Shown here: positions 1 through 9,159 of the stretch, one piece after another
Numbering within the stretch: position 1 is the stretch's first letter
Layout: each line of letters starts with the position of its first letter
Assembly (NCBI GenBank): GCA_028286685.1
Contig: JAQBRA010000002.1
Location: 129,073-193,072 of the forward strand
Reading direction: 5' to 3'
Length of the DNA: 64,000 nucleotides
Origin: Candidatus Adlerbacteria bacterium
GTDB taxonomy: Bacteria; Patescibacteriota; Minisyncoccia; Phycocordibacterales; SBAW01
Position numbers and translations under genes: made by a program
Notes under the pieces: model-generated
The model's database searches: none
Seen by the model: only the letters and a program-made list of their open reading frames with translations
Told to the model about the DNA's origin: nothing

Positions 1-390
1 CTGCCGCACCAGGCGGTGCACGCCGTACTCGTTTTTTAAAATCCCGTATGCATCCTTCCCTTCTACTTCGTACGAGGCGTTGCGGTAGCCGCCGTGATCG
101 TTCTCGTTCTTGTGGAGCTCGCGCATGCTCCAGCCGCGCTTCTCGGAAAATTTCCAATACATCTCCACAAGCATGCGGGCGAAGTCTTCGGCATCGTCAC
201 CCCCGGCGCCGGCCACAAAGCTTACGACCGCCGAGCCGCGGTCGTAAGCACTGCCGCCCTCGGCTTCTATTTTCAAATCCTGCAGCTCTTTTATGAGCGC
301 CTGTGCCTCGTGGGGATTGCTCCAAAAATCCGGCGCCGTCATGGCGCCCTCTATCTCGCGGATTCGATTTTCTATCTCGGCCTTTTCCAT
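1..390 (-). CDS. prfB: Peptide chain release factor 2, N-terminal part (runs off window start)
   Basis: Manual translation from ATG 390: MEKAEIENRIREIEGAMTAPDFWSNP...AGAGGDDAEDFARMLVEMY...NEYGVHRLVRQ, matching RF2 motifs (FW.D/N, GAGG..A.D.A.ML..MY, GVHRLVR); not in the ORF track because it is truncated. Confidence 0.9.
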   Translation of the reverse strand, partial: MEKAEIENRIREIEGAMTAPDFWSNPHEAQALIKELQDLKIEAEGGSAYDRGSAVVSFVAGAGGDDAEDFARMLVEMYWKFSEKRGWSMRELHKNENDHGGYRNASYEVEGKDAYGILKNEYGVHRLVRQ

Positions 391-409
391 AAATGCATGG
401 CGGGCGAAC

Positions 410-485
410 TGGAGCCGAAGGCCGGGATCGAACCGGCGACCTGCGGTTTACGATACCGCTGCTCTACCAACTGAGCTACTTCGGC
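410..485 (-). tRNA. tRNA-Thr(CGT)
   Basis: Cloverleaf GCCGAAG..CTTCGGC, anticodon loop ATCGTAA, T-loop TTCGATC, encoded CCA. Confidence 0.95.
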
Positions 486-514
486 GTATGTATAAAGGCT
501 CCGGGCTAACCGGG

Positions 515-587
515 AGCCGAAGGCCGGAATCGAACCGGCGACCTACTCCTTACCATGGAGTTGCTCTACCAACTGAGCTACTTCGGC
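515..587 (-). tRNA. tRNA-Thr(GGT)
   Basis: Cloverleaf nearly identical to the neighbour, anticodon loop ATGGTAA, no encoded CCA. Confidence 0.95.
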
Positions 588-799
588 TTGTACGAACTTA
601 TGCAGAGTAGCCCATTTCCGGCGTTTTTTCAAACCGGCCCAGCGCTACAGAAGAAACACAGACTTCAGCAAACCTTAATCTTATTCCCGTATTCTGCGTG
701 AGTGCATCAGAAAAGCAGCAGGCGGTTACGCGGGCAAATCTGAAGGAGGCTTCAGTAAGCAGAGAAGTTAGAGGCACGTCTACTTATACACCCACACCC

Positions 800-1945
800 A
801 TGAGCAACCAAAATTCCCTTTCTATAGTTATCCCCGCCTACAATGAGGCCCGCCGCCTGCCGGCTACGCTTGCAAGCGTATATGAGTACCTGCGCTCGGG
901 TGCCTTTCCTGCGCACGAGATAATCGTCGTCGACGACGGCTCCAGCGACAAGACCGTCGAGGTGGCTGAGGAATTTGCCAACCGTCGCGATATAAAAAAT
1001 GTGCGGATAATCCGCGCGCCCCGCAACCAGGGAAAGGGCGCGGCCCTGGCCCGCGGCATACTTGCAAGCCACGGCGAGTTCGTGCTCTGCACCGACGCCG
1101 ATCTTTCCACTCCCATAGGCGAAATGGACAAGCTTCTGCGCCGAGTGCGCCGCGACGGCTTTGACGTGGCTATCGGCTCGCGCAACGTGGCAGAAAGCAT
1201 CGTCACCAAAAAGCCCTGGTACCGCTCAATACTCAGCGGCACCTCCAACCTGCTGATCCGCCTGGTCTTGGGCCTCCCCTTCCGCGACACGCAGTGCGGC
1301 TTCAAGCTCTACCGCCGCGAGGCTGCACTGTCCCTGTTTAGGAATCTCCACTTGCCGCGCTTCAGCTTTGATTTTGAGGTACTCTCCCGCGCCAAGACTA
1401 AAGGACTGCGCGTCGCCGAGGTGGGCGTGCGCTGGGAGCATTCGGACTTTACCACGGTGCGCACGCGCGATGTTTTCCAGTGCCTCGTCGATGTGTTCCG
1501 CATCCGCTTCGGCCTTACCGGAGACGCCTCAATGGCGCAGCTCGGGCGCTTTATGACGGTGGGCGTCGTCAATACCGCCATCGACGCTGGCCTATATTTC
1601 ATGCTCACCCGATTTACCGCCGCGTTTGCGGGAGACATTGTCGCGGCAAAGTTCTTCTCATTCCTGGCGGCCACCGTATCGAGCCTGCTTCTCAACCGCC
1701 GCTGGACCTTCGGCGTGCGTGCACCGCTTACATTTGCCGAGGTCGCGCGCTTTTACGCGACCGTCTCCGCCAGCATGGCGCTCAACGTGAGCCTTATGTA
1801 TATGTTCGTGCACGGTCTTGGCATCCACGACCTCCAGGCGCTCCTGCTTACCACCCTGCTTACCTTCGGGCTCAACTACACGCTGTCGCGCCTCTGGGTA
1901 TTCCCCAAGAAAGACGCCGAGCTTGCTGCGGGCATGAACCTATAA
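800..1945 (+). CDS. Polyprenyl-phosphate glycosyltransferase (GT2, DPM/DPG-synthase-like) fused to a GtrA-type flippase domain
   Basis: SIVIPAYNE, VVDDGSSD, NQGKG, TDADLS, DTQCGFK, FSFDFE motifs; C-terminal four-helix GtrA pattern (RFMTVGVVNT...LNRRWTF...RLWVF); ATG 800 preferred to GTG 698. Confidence 0.88.
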   Translation: MSNQNSLSIVIPAYNEARRLPATLASVYEYLRSGAFPAHEIIVVDDGSSDKTVEVAEEFANRRDIKNVRIIRAPRNQGKGAALARGILASHGEFVLCTDADLSTPIGEMDKLLRRVRRDGFDVAIGSRNVAESIVTKKPWYRSILSGTSNLLIRLVLGLPFRDTQCGFKLYRREAALSLFRNLHLPRFSFDFEVLSRAKTKGLRVAEVGVRWEHSDFTTVRTRDVFQCLVDVFRIRFGLTGDASMAQLGRFMTVGVVNTAIDAGLYFMLTRFTAAFAGDIVAAKFFSFLAATVSSLLLNRRWTFGVRAPLTFAEVARFYATVSASMALNVSLMYMFVHGLGIHDLQALLLTTLLTFGLNYTLSRLWVFPKKDAELAAGMNL

Positions 1946-1948
1946 CCT

Positions 1949-2473
1949 ATGAAAAAACTGCTTATACCCGTTATGTTTCTGGGCCTGCTCTTTGCCGCCA
2001 CTCCCGCGCTTGCCCAGGAGCGCGGGGAAAACCGCGGAAGCGGCTCGGTAGTGCAGTCTATTTTCGATTCACTTGAGCGCGCGCGCGAGTCGCGACAGGA
2101 GCGCGCACGCCAGGCACAAGAAGAGCAGCGGGCATCGCAACAGGAAGTTGCAGCAGACGGGCAGACTGCAACCTCTACGGCCACTTCAACTTCAACTGTG
2201 GCCGCAGCCACCACAACCGCCGCTGCCGCTCGGCCGGACGCTCCAGTTGCACAACAGCCTGCGGCCGCAGCGATCTCAGCGCTGGGCGACCAGAACGGGA
2301 CGCCGCAGGCGGGCGTCTATGAAGCAGAGGGCCTCTCTGCCGCGCAGATGCGGATACTGCTGACTGCCGCACTGGCAATGGCGGTGGGCGGATTCTTATT
2401 AGTGGAGCGCGGGACTCTCGAGCGCCTCCTTGCCGCCGGCCCTGCGCGCCGCACGCACTCCTTACGCGTATGA
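1949..2473 (+). CDS. Secreted Ala/Thr/Gln-rich protein with C-terminal membrane anchor
   Basis: Signal peptide (ALA|Q), low-complexity T/A linker, C-terminal hydrophobic helix and basic tail; coupled to both neighbours. Confidence 0.7.
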   Translation: MKKLLIPVMFLGLLFAATPALAQERGENRGSGSVVQSIFDSLERARESRQERARQAQEEQRASQQEVAADGQTATSTATSTSTVAAATTTAAAARPDAPVAQQPAAAAISALGDQNGTPQAGVYEAEGLSAAQMRILLTAALAMAVGGFLLVERGTLERLLAAGPARRTHSLRV

Positions 2474-3690
2474 GATTAAAGTTTGTCGGATACCTCCTGC
2501 TCGGAGCGGCGCTGCTTGTGCTGCTTGCAGTCATATACCTAAGCTCCGACCGGAGCCGGATCCCACTCATGTTCTCCCCTACGCAAATCCTGGGAGCCAC
2601 CTGGGGACACTACAAGGAGGAGTACCTTGAGCCCGGCACCAATCGCACGCTCGACAAGCAGCGCGAGAATGTCACCACATCCGAGGGCCAAAGCTACACG
2701 ATGCTCCGGGCCGTATGGCAGGGCGACAAAGAGACCTTTGACGCATCCTGGACGTGGACCAAAGACAACCTGCTGCACGACGATGACTGGCTCTTTGCCT
2801 GGATCTTTGGCAAACGCAGCGACGGCTCTTACGGCGTCTTGGCAGAGCGCGGCGGCAATTCGACCGCAAGCGATGCAGACCAGGATATCGCGCTCGCGCT
2901 CATATTCGCCTACGCGCGCTGGCAGGACCCGGCCTACATAGGAGAGGCGCGCCGCATACTCGACGATATCTGGGAGAAAGAAGTGATCATGATACAGGGA
3001 AAGCCCTATCTCGCCGCCAATGATCTTGAGAAATTTTCCTCCTCTGAAACGGCGATCATCAACCCTTCTTATTTGGCTCCGTACGCGTACCGGATATTTG
3101 CGGTTGTTGACTCCAATCATGCCTGGGAAGGCTTGATCGACACGTCCTACGATGTTATCGGGCGATCGATCGAGCTGCCGCTTGGCGCACCGGAAAGCGC
3201 GGGGCTTGCACCGGACTGGGTGCGCATCAACAAGGCAACCGGCGAGCTTACGCCAACTGGCGGGGACTTGACCACCAACTTCGGCTACGACGCGCTGCGC
3301 ATGCCTTGGCGCCTTGCGCTCGATTACCAATGGAACAAGGAAGAACGCGCCCGCGAGACGCTCTCCCGCATGAGCTTCCTCTCGCGGCAATGGAAAGAGC
3401 GCGGCACGCTCAGCACTACCTACAGTCACGACGGCACAGTCTTGGGCGACTACGAGACCCCCGCCTTCTACGGCGGAGTTATCGGCTACTTTATAGTCGC
3501 GGACAAGGCGGCAGCGAGAAACGTCTATGAGCAGAAACTCGGAAGCCTCTACAATCCGGATACCAACGACTGGAAGCAGCGCCTTTCCTATTACGACGAT
3601 AACTGGGCCTGGTTCGGCATCGGACTCTATCACAACCTCCTCCCCAATCTTTCCGACAATTTGCCGGCAAGCGCTTTCCTGACGCCTTAA
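2470..3690 (+). CDS. Glycoside hydrolase family 8 endoglucanase (BcsZ-like), membrane-anchored
   Basis: TTSEGQSYTM, ASDADQDIA, NPSY, YDALR motifs; N-terminal TM helix. Confidence 0.9.
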   Translation: MRLKFVGYLLLGAALLVLLAVIYLSSDRSRIPLMFSPTQILGATWGHYKEEYLEPGTNRTLDKQRENVTTSEGQSYTMLRAVWQGDKETFDASWTWTKDNLLHDDDWLFAWIFGKRSDGSYGVLAERGGNSTASDADQDIALALIFAYARWQDPAYIGEARRILDDIWEKEVIMIQGKPYLAANDLEKFSSSETAIINPSYLAPYAYRIFAVVDSNHAWEGLIDTSYDVIGRSIELPLGAPESAGLAPDWVRINKATGELTPTGGDLTTNFGYDALRMPWRLALDYQWNKEERARETLSRMSFLSRQWKERGTLSTTYSHDGTVLGDYETPAFYGGVIGYFIVADKAAARNVYEQKLGSLYNPDTNDWKQRLSYYDDNWAWFGIGLYHNLLPNLSDNLPASAFLTP

Positions 3691-3737
3691 GCCGCCCTTC
3701 ATGCGCGGCCGCGTATGGTAGCGCTTGTAACCACCCT

Positions 3738-5306
3738 ATGAATAATCACGAACAACCAATTGATCTGCGCACCGCGTTTCTGAAAACCGGCTCTTCGCGC
3801 GCGCTCTTTGCGGCAAATGCGGCACTAGCCGTCCTGTACTTCTGCGTGCTCACCTTCTTCTTCAAGCACGGCAATCCCCTGCTCTGGGGCCTCCTGGTCG
3901 CGGGCGAAGTGTTCCATCTCTGGCAGGTGCTCACGTTCCTCTACACGGTCTGGGACACCGAGCACAAGGCGCGCTTCGATGCCGCACTGGTCCCCGCAGT
4001 CGACGTGTTTATCACAGTAGCCGGCGAGCCCGTTTCGGTCGTCGAAGAGACCGCGCGCGCGGCCAGGAATATGCGCTACGCGGGAGCCTTCTCTGTCCAT
4101 ATACTTAACGACGGCTATGTCGCCAAAAAGGACAACTGGCGCGAGATTGAATCCATGGCTGCGCGCGTGGGCGTGCACTGCATCACTCGTACGGTTCCTG
4201 GGGGTGCCAAGGCCGGCAACATTAACAATGCGCTCAAGCTCACCGTCGCTCCCCTGGTAGCCATATTCGACGCGGACCATGTCCCGCACGAGGATTTCCT
4301 GGAAAAGACGGTCGGGTATTTTGCTGACGAGAAAATGGGCTTCGTGCAGACGCCGCAGTTTTACAAGAATCACGGCGCCAATTACCTGGCCCAGGCATCG
4401 TGGGAGCAGCAGGAGCTTTTCTTCGGCCCCATCTGCAAGGGAAAAAATCGGCACAACGCCGCGACCATGTGCGGAACCAACATGGTTATCAGCCGCGAGG
4501 CGCTTGAGCGCGTCGGGGGCATGTCAACCGAGTCGATCGCCGAAGATTTCGTAACGGGGCTCTTCATGCACTCACTGGGATTAAAGTCGTATTACGTAGG
4601 AGAAGTCCTGGCAGAAGGCTTGGCGACCGAGGACTTCCTCTCCTACTCCAAGCAGCAATTCAGGTGGGCTCGCGGCTCGCTCGATGTTATCTTCCGCTAC
4701 AATCCGCTTTTGCGGCGCGGGCTTACGTTCGCGCAGCGCATCCAGTATCTGGCGTCGGCGAGCTTCTACCTGTCGGGCACGGTGGTATTCATCGACCTTA
4801 TGCTGCCGCTGGCGTTCCTCTATACGGGCGCGGTACCGCTTGAGATCAGCGGCATGTTCTTGGCAGCGGTATTCCTCCCCTACATGTTCCTGACGCTCTA
4901 CTGCGTGCAGCGCAGCTCCAACTTTACGTTTACGTTCGCGTCGCTGGCGCTGTCGATGAGCGCGTTTACGATCCACCTCAGCGCCCTGTGGGCCGCCATG
5001 ACGGGAAAGAAGTCGGCCTTCGTCATAACCTCCAAGGAAGCCGTGTCGGGCAACTTTATCAGGCTCGCTGCGCCGCACATAGCCTATGTCGCCATAGCGG
5101 CCTTCGGCATCTTAGTGGCGCTCAACCGCGAGGGATTTTCGGCATCGCTCGTCAACAACATAGCCTGGGTGGCGCTCAACGCCGCGGTGTTTTACCCCTA
5201 CATAAAGGCAGCTCGCGGCGACGCGCACCCGGCAGCGGCAGCCGAGCCCGGTTCTGTGCCCCTATCGTCTCTTATAAAACCTAAGCACAAAGTTCATGCG
5301 CAGTAA
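3738..5306 (+). CDS. Processive GT2, cellulose synthase catalytic subunit-like (no PilZ domain)
   Basis: DVFIT..GEP, LNDG, GAKAGNINN, FDADHVP, QTPQ, CGTN, AED, QQFRW (QxxRW); 2 N-terminal plus several C-terminal TM helices. Confidence 0.88.
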   Translation: MNNHEQPIDLRTAFLKTGSSRALFAANAALAVLYFCVLTFFFKHGNPLLWGLLVAGEVFHLWQVLTFLYTVWDTEHKARFDAALVPAVDVFITVAGEPVSVVEETARAARNMRYAGAFSVHILNDGYVAKKDNWREIESMAARVGVHCITRTVPGGAKAGNINNALKLTVAPLVAIFDADHVPHEDFLEKTVGYFADEKMGFVQTPQFYKNHGANYLAQASWEQQELFFGPICKGKNRHNAATMCGTNMVISREALERVGGMSTESIAEDFVTGLFMHSLGLKSYYVGEVLAEGLATEDFLSYSKQQFRWARGSLDVIFRYNPLLRRGLTFAQRIQYLASASFYLSGTVVFIDLMLPLAFLYTGAVPLEISGMFLAAVFLPYMFLTLYCVQRSSNFTFTFASLALSMSAFTIHLSALWAAMTGKKSAFVITSKEAVSGNFIRLAAPHIAYVAIAAFGILVALNREGFSASLVNNIAWVALNAAVFYPYIKAARGDAHPAAAAEPGSVPLSSLIKPKHKVHAQ

Positions 5307-6819
5307 TACGGTTTTCTGGCAGCTAGGCGGGCTTATGGCGCTCGTCGCGGCACTGGCCTTTTTCTTTTTCTTCCAGCAGTCGATGCGGCTCGACGAGTCG
5401 CAGAGCCTCTGGCAGACGGGGCGCAGCGCCCCGGAGATACTGACTATCGTCGCGCAGGACGTGCACGTGCCGCTCTATCATGAGCTCCTCCATTTCTGGC
5501 GCGTCTTCGTGGGCGACAGCGTTGAGGCGAGCCGGCTCCTGTCGCTGATATTCTACATGGCGTCCATACCGGCGCTCTACTTCCTCGGCCGGATCGCCTA
5601 TGGCCGCCAAGCCGGGCTTTTTGCCGCAACGCTCCTCGCCATATCCCCGTTTATGAATTGGTACGGCAGCGAGATACGCATGTACACGCTGTTTACCTTT
5701 TTGGTGGTACTCAACCAGTACTTCTTTATCCGCATACTCAAGTCAGCCGAAGAGACGAGAGAGAGGACCGAGCGCGCGTGGGCGCTCTACGCGCTCACCG
5801 CCCTCCTGGGCATATTCACACACTACTTCTTCTTCCTAACGCTCGCGGGCCAGGCGCTCTTTTTCGTCCTGCGCCGCGGGCTCTTTCCCCAAGGATCGTT
5901 CAAGAAATTCTTCGGAATCCTGCTCGTACTTGCGGTCATGTTCGCGCCATGGGTGTGGTGGGTCTTCCATCAGGGTCAGGCGAACCAGGCCTCGCCGGTG
6001 CTCCAGAGCCCCACCTCCATCAACTTCTTTAGCGCATTCTCGCAGTTTATCTTCGGATTCCAGACAGACCATCTCAACACCATCGTGCTGTCCCTATGGC
6101 CCATTACGGTGCTTTTGGGCTTCTTGGCGCTGCGCAGAACCCGCGCGCTTCAGCCGGAAACTTTATATTTCATGATCAGCGTATTTCTGTCGATGGCGCT
6201 GGCATTCATCGTAAGCGTGCTCATCGAGCCCGTGTTCGTCTCGCGCTACCTCATCTTTACCGTACCGTCGCTCTATCTCCTTTTGGGGGCACTCATATCG
6301 GCTTACCCGCCGCGCATGGCTTCCTTTGCCCGCTACGCAATAATCGGCCTCATGCTTGCAGGCCTCGCTATCGAAATGTTCAGCAATTCCACCCCGGTCA
6401 AGGAAAACTACCGCGAGGCGGCGCAGTTTCTGACTGAGAATGCGGCGGCGCAGGATATCGTGATACTCTCGGCACCCTTTACCGTCTATCCGGTCGAGTA
6501 CTACTACCGCGGGCCGGCTCCCATTGCTACGCTCCCCAATTGGGACCGCTACGCGTTCGGACCGCTGCCCGCCTATTCCGCAGATGCAATGCCCCAGGAA
6601 GTTACGGATACGACAAAAAATTACCAATACGCATGGCTCCTGCTTTCCTACGACCAGGGCTACGAGGAAGACATGCGTATTTATTTCGATGAGCATTTCG
6701 AGCGCGTCGACATGCGCGAATTCTCTCCGGGACTCGCGCTCTGGGTCTACAAGATACGCTACGACACGCCGCTTGCCGGCGAGGACTTCGTCCCCGGCAC
6801 CACTACCCCAGAGCAATAG
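5296..6819 (+). CDS. GT-C fold membrane glycosyltransferase (GT39/ArnT/PMT_2-like)
   Basis: RLDE motif after first TM, DVHVPLY, EIRMY, THY, SRY motifs, about 11 TM helices plus an external C-terminal domain. Confidence 0.85.
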   Translation: MRSNTVFWQLGGLMALVAALAFFFFFQQSMRLDESQSLWQTGRSAPEILTIVAQDVHVPLYHELLHFWRVFVGDSVEASRLLSLIFYMASIPALYFLGRIAYGRQAGLFAATLLAISPFMNWYGSEIRMYTLFTFLVVLNQYFFIRILKSAEETRERTERAWALYALTALLGIFTHYFFFLTLAGQALFFVLRRGLFPQGSFKKFFGILLVLAVMFAPWVWWVFHQGQANQASPVLQSPTSINFFSAFSQFIFGFQTDHLNTIVLSLWPITVLLGFLALRRTRALQPETLYFMISVFLSMALAFIVSVLIEPVFVSRYLIFTVPSLYLLLGALISAYPPRMASFARYAIIGLMLAGLAIEMFSNSTPVKENYREAAQFLTENAAAQDIVILSAPFTVYPVEYYYRGPAPIATLPNWDRYAFGPLPAYSADAMPQEVTDTTKNYQYAWLLLSYDQGYEEDMRIYFDEHFERVDMREFSPGLALWVYKIRYDTPLAGEDFVPGTTTPEQ

Positions 6820-6828
6820 GGGTAAGCA

Positions 6829-6910
6829 AAAACCTTTCAGAAAATAGTCTGGCCCGAGAGCGCTCCAAGCGCGATACGGGAGATCCGAGGACTTTTTCTG
6901 AAAGGTTTTT
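6829..6910. terminator. Long inverted repeat between convergent GT-C and GH6 genes (bidirectional terminator-like)
   Basis: AAAACCTTTCAGAAAA ... TTTTCTGAAAGGTTTT arms around a ~50-nt interior. Confidence 0.55.
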
Positions 6911-6921
6911 GTGGAGCTTGT

Positions 6922-8412
6922 TTACTTAACTAGAGAGAGCGCGTACTCGGGCCACCAGGTGCCGGCCGAGGGGCCGCCGTTGCATGCGCCGTCGGATTCG
7001 CCCGGAGTCTTTACCCAGAGATAGGCGTCTATGAGGCTCTGGCCGGTAGCTGCAGACGGACTCTGGCCCGTCTTGCGTCCCCACGGATTGCACCATTCGC
7101 TATTGCCGCCGTTGCCGTTGCGGGCGGTATCGATGACGAAGTGCTTGCCGCCGAGCGCTTGGGACACCTTCGTGCCGTAAGCGGACTCGTCCGATGTCGT
7201 ATTGAAGTTGGACACATTGAGCGAGAAGCCGTCGGCCTTCTGTATGCCCGCCTTCTCTAGCTGCGCAGCCATATCCTTGGCGTCGATCCAGCCCGAGTGG
7301 CCGGCATCGATGTACACTTTTGTATTGCTGTTGCTCTTGAGTATGGAGACTGCCGCGGCGAGCATGTCGGCGCGCTCTCGCTGGCCCGCGCCAGAGAGGC
7401 ACGCATTGCCCGCGAGCGCATCAGGCTCGAGTATGACGACTGCCGAGGCCGAGCCAATGCCGCGCGCAAACGCGCCGATCCATTTCGTATAGGCATCCTT
7501 GCTGGAAGATCCTCCCGCAGAATAACCGCCACAGTCGCGGCCTGGAATATTGTAGGCGACTAGGACCGGCGCAGCGCCTTCCTTTTTTGCCGCATTTACC
7601 ACCTGGGCCGCATCGCTCTGCACATCCTGATTCCAGCCGCCAAACCAGGAAGCAGTCGGCTGCGCGGCCAGATAGCTCATTTTCCTGGCATCATCCGGGC
7701 GATTCTGGCTCCACGAGGCTGCCTGTGCTTTTGCAGAAGAATTTGCATTGACGTAGAAGGTCAGGTCTTTGAGCGGATTTTTGCTTACGACCGGCACGGT
7801 AACCTGTTGGGCCGGCTGCGAAGGCATCGGCTGAGACTGCCCTGCGCTCGAGGTTGCCGCTTGCACCGCGCTGGACGTCGCCACAACAGCTGCCACAGGC
7901 GGCACCGGCACGGATGCTTGCCCGTTCTCTACAAAGATATCGACGCTCTTCTGCCCGATGATCGTATCGTTTTGCCGCGCAATGAAGTTTATTTTGTAGG
8001 GACCCGCTCCCTTCCAGTTCCAGCCGGACACGTCCACACCAGACTCCTTGTGGGGCGCATCAGTGTAGCTGTTGTCCATCCAATTCCATGAGCCGCCGTC
8101 CACCTGCCAGAACATCTCATAGGTACCGGGGTCGACGCCGTCTAGAGCGGCCTTAAACGGCTGGGAGCCGCTGAGGCGCGCGTCGTTCTTGGGCCACCAG
8201 GCACTGACGCCGGAGCTTGCCACCGCGGCCTGCGAAACGCTGAGCGATACATTAATTGGCAGCAGGGTGATATTAGTCAGTATGACACCGAGGAATACCG
8301 CCTTGAAGAATCCATAGCGGCGCGCACGCAAGCGGGATGCCGCAGCGGTTGCCGTGCTGATAATTTTATTATTAAGAGCTTTAAGAGAACGTATTTCTTT
8401 TTCTACTTTCAC
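6922..8412 (-). CDS. Glycoside hydrolase family 6 cellulase with N-terminal TM and a Trp-rich accessory domain
   Basis: YNIPGRDCG, ILEPDAL, YIDAGHSGW, NVSNF, IDTARNG, WCNP, WVKTPGESDG.C motifs. Confidence 0.92.
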   Translation of the reverse strand: MKVEKEIRSLKALNNKIISTATAAASRLRARRYGFFKAVFLGVILTNITLLPINVSLSVSQAAVASSGVSAWWPKNDARLSGSQPFKAALDGVDPGTYEMFWQVDGGSWNWMDNSYTDAPHKESGVDVSGWNWKGAGPYKINFIARQNDTIIGQKSVDIFVENGQASVPVPPVAAVVATSSAVQAATSSAGQSQPMPSQPAQQVTVPVVSKNPLKDLTFYVNANSSAKAQAASWSQNRPDDARKMSYLAAQPTASWFGGWNQDVQSDAAQVVNAAKKEGAAPVLVAYNIPGRDCGGYSAGGSSSKDAYTKWIGAFARGIGSASAVVILEPDALAGNACLSGAGQRERADMLAAAVSILKSNSNTKVYIDAGHSGWIDAKDMAAQLEKAGIQKADGFSLNVSNFNTTSDESAYGTKVSQALGGKHFVIDTARNGNGGNSEWCNPWGRKTGQSPSAATGQSLIDAYLWVKTPGESDGACNGGPSAGTWWPEYALSLVK

Positions 8413-8569
8413 GCTTCTAACTATGGGGTCGTCTTGACATTGACAGCAAGCGGTGCACTTTGGTGCAATGAAGATCTGCTGAATCTTATTGAAAAATAAG
8501 GCCCGTTTGCTTCATACAGGTACATGGCCCTTTCATACAGCGCACATTTTGCGGCTGGAGGAAGGAGTT

Positions 8570-8707
8570 TTAGGAGACGCTACCGACCAGCGAGCGGGCG
8601 AAGTCGAGAATGAGATTGAGTATGGAGATAAAAAACGTGATGATAAGCGTCAGGAACTGGAGGAGAAAATTCAATAAAAGGTTGAATATGTTTATGATGG
8701 CGTCCAT
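8570..8707 (-). CDS. Small hydrophobic protein (45 aa)
   Basis: Manual ORF MDAIINIFNLLLNFLLQFLTLIITFFISILNLILDFARSLVGSVS; TATAAT -10 box just upstream of the ATG. Confidence 0.6.
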   Translation of the reverse strand: MDAIINIFNLLLNFLLQFLTLIITFFISILNLILDFARSLVGSVS

Positions 8708-8779
8708 GGGATTATTATAGCATTTTACATGTACGACCTAGCGGAGCATGGGGACTAAAACACCCGCCCATCACTACAC

Positions 8780-9127
8780 TTACTGCACTAAATACGATCT
8801 TATTCCTATGACGGCATAGGAAAAAATTATTATGAAAATATTTAACATCGGAAGCATTGCGAACATTTTTACAAGTATATGATTTCTCGGAGATTTTATG
8901 GCGGCCACACTGGCAAAACCTCCGATGCTTGAAATTATCAAGACTAGCGGCAAGACATAGATACAGAGCTTGTATAAGCTGTCGACAAAGCCCACCGCCC
9001 CCGAACTAGGCGAAACGGCGGCAAAATACATAACAGTCCAAGCGAGCACTACAGATGGGAACAATAAGACCAGCCATAGCACCGAAAAAAATATAGACCA
9101 CTTTCTGCTCATTGGCCCCGATATCAT
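8780..9127 (-). CDS. Hypothetical membrane protein (3 TM), AT-rich
   Basis: Three hydrophobic helices; lies just distal to the tRNA-Asp-associated element. Confidence 0.6.
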   Translation of the reverse strand: MISGPMSRKWSIFFSVLWLVLLFPSVVLAWTVMYFAAVSPSSGAVGFVDSLYKLCIYVLPLVLIISSIGGFASVAAIKSPRNHILVKMFAMLPMLNIFIIIFSYAVIGIRSYLVQ

Positions 9128-9159
9128 TGGCTAATACTATCACCTCTTGTTTTTGCTTT

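Noticed and set aside
722-780. GGGCAAA-hairpin-GCAGAG upstream of the glucan operon, reminiscent of a c-di-GMP-I riboswitch
   Set aside because: No GNRA loop/receptor, no GACGCAAAGC and no P3 stem visible; the resemblance is too partial without a covariance-model score
8489-8677. 62-aa plus-strand ORF
   Set aside because: It overlaps a better-supported hydrophobic ORF on the minus strand (8570-8707) that has a -10 box
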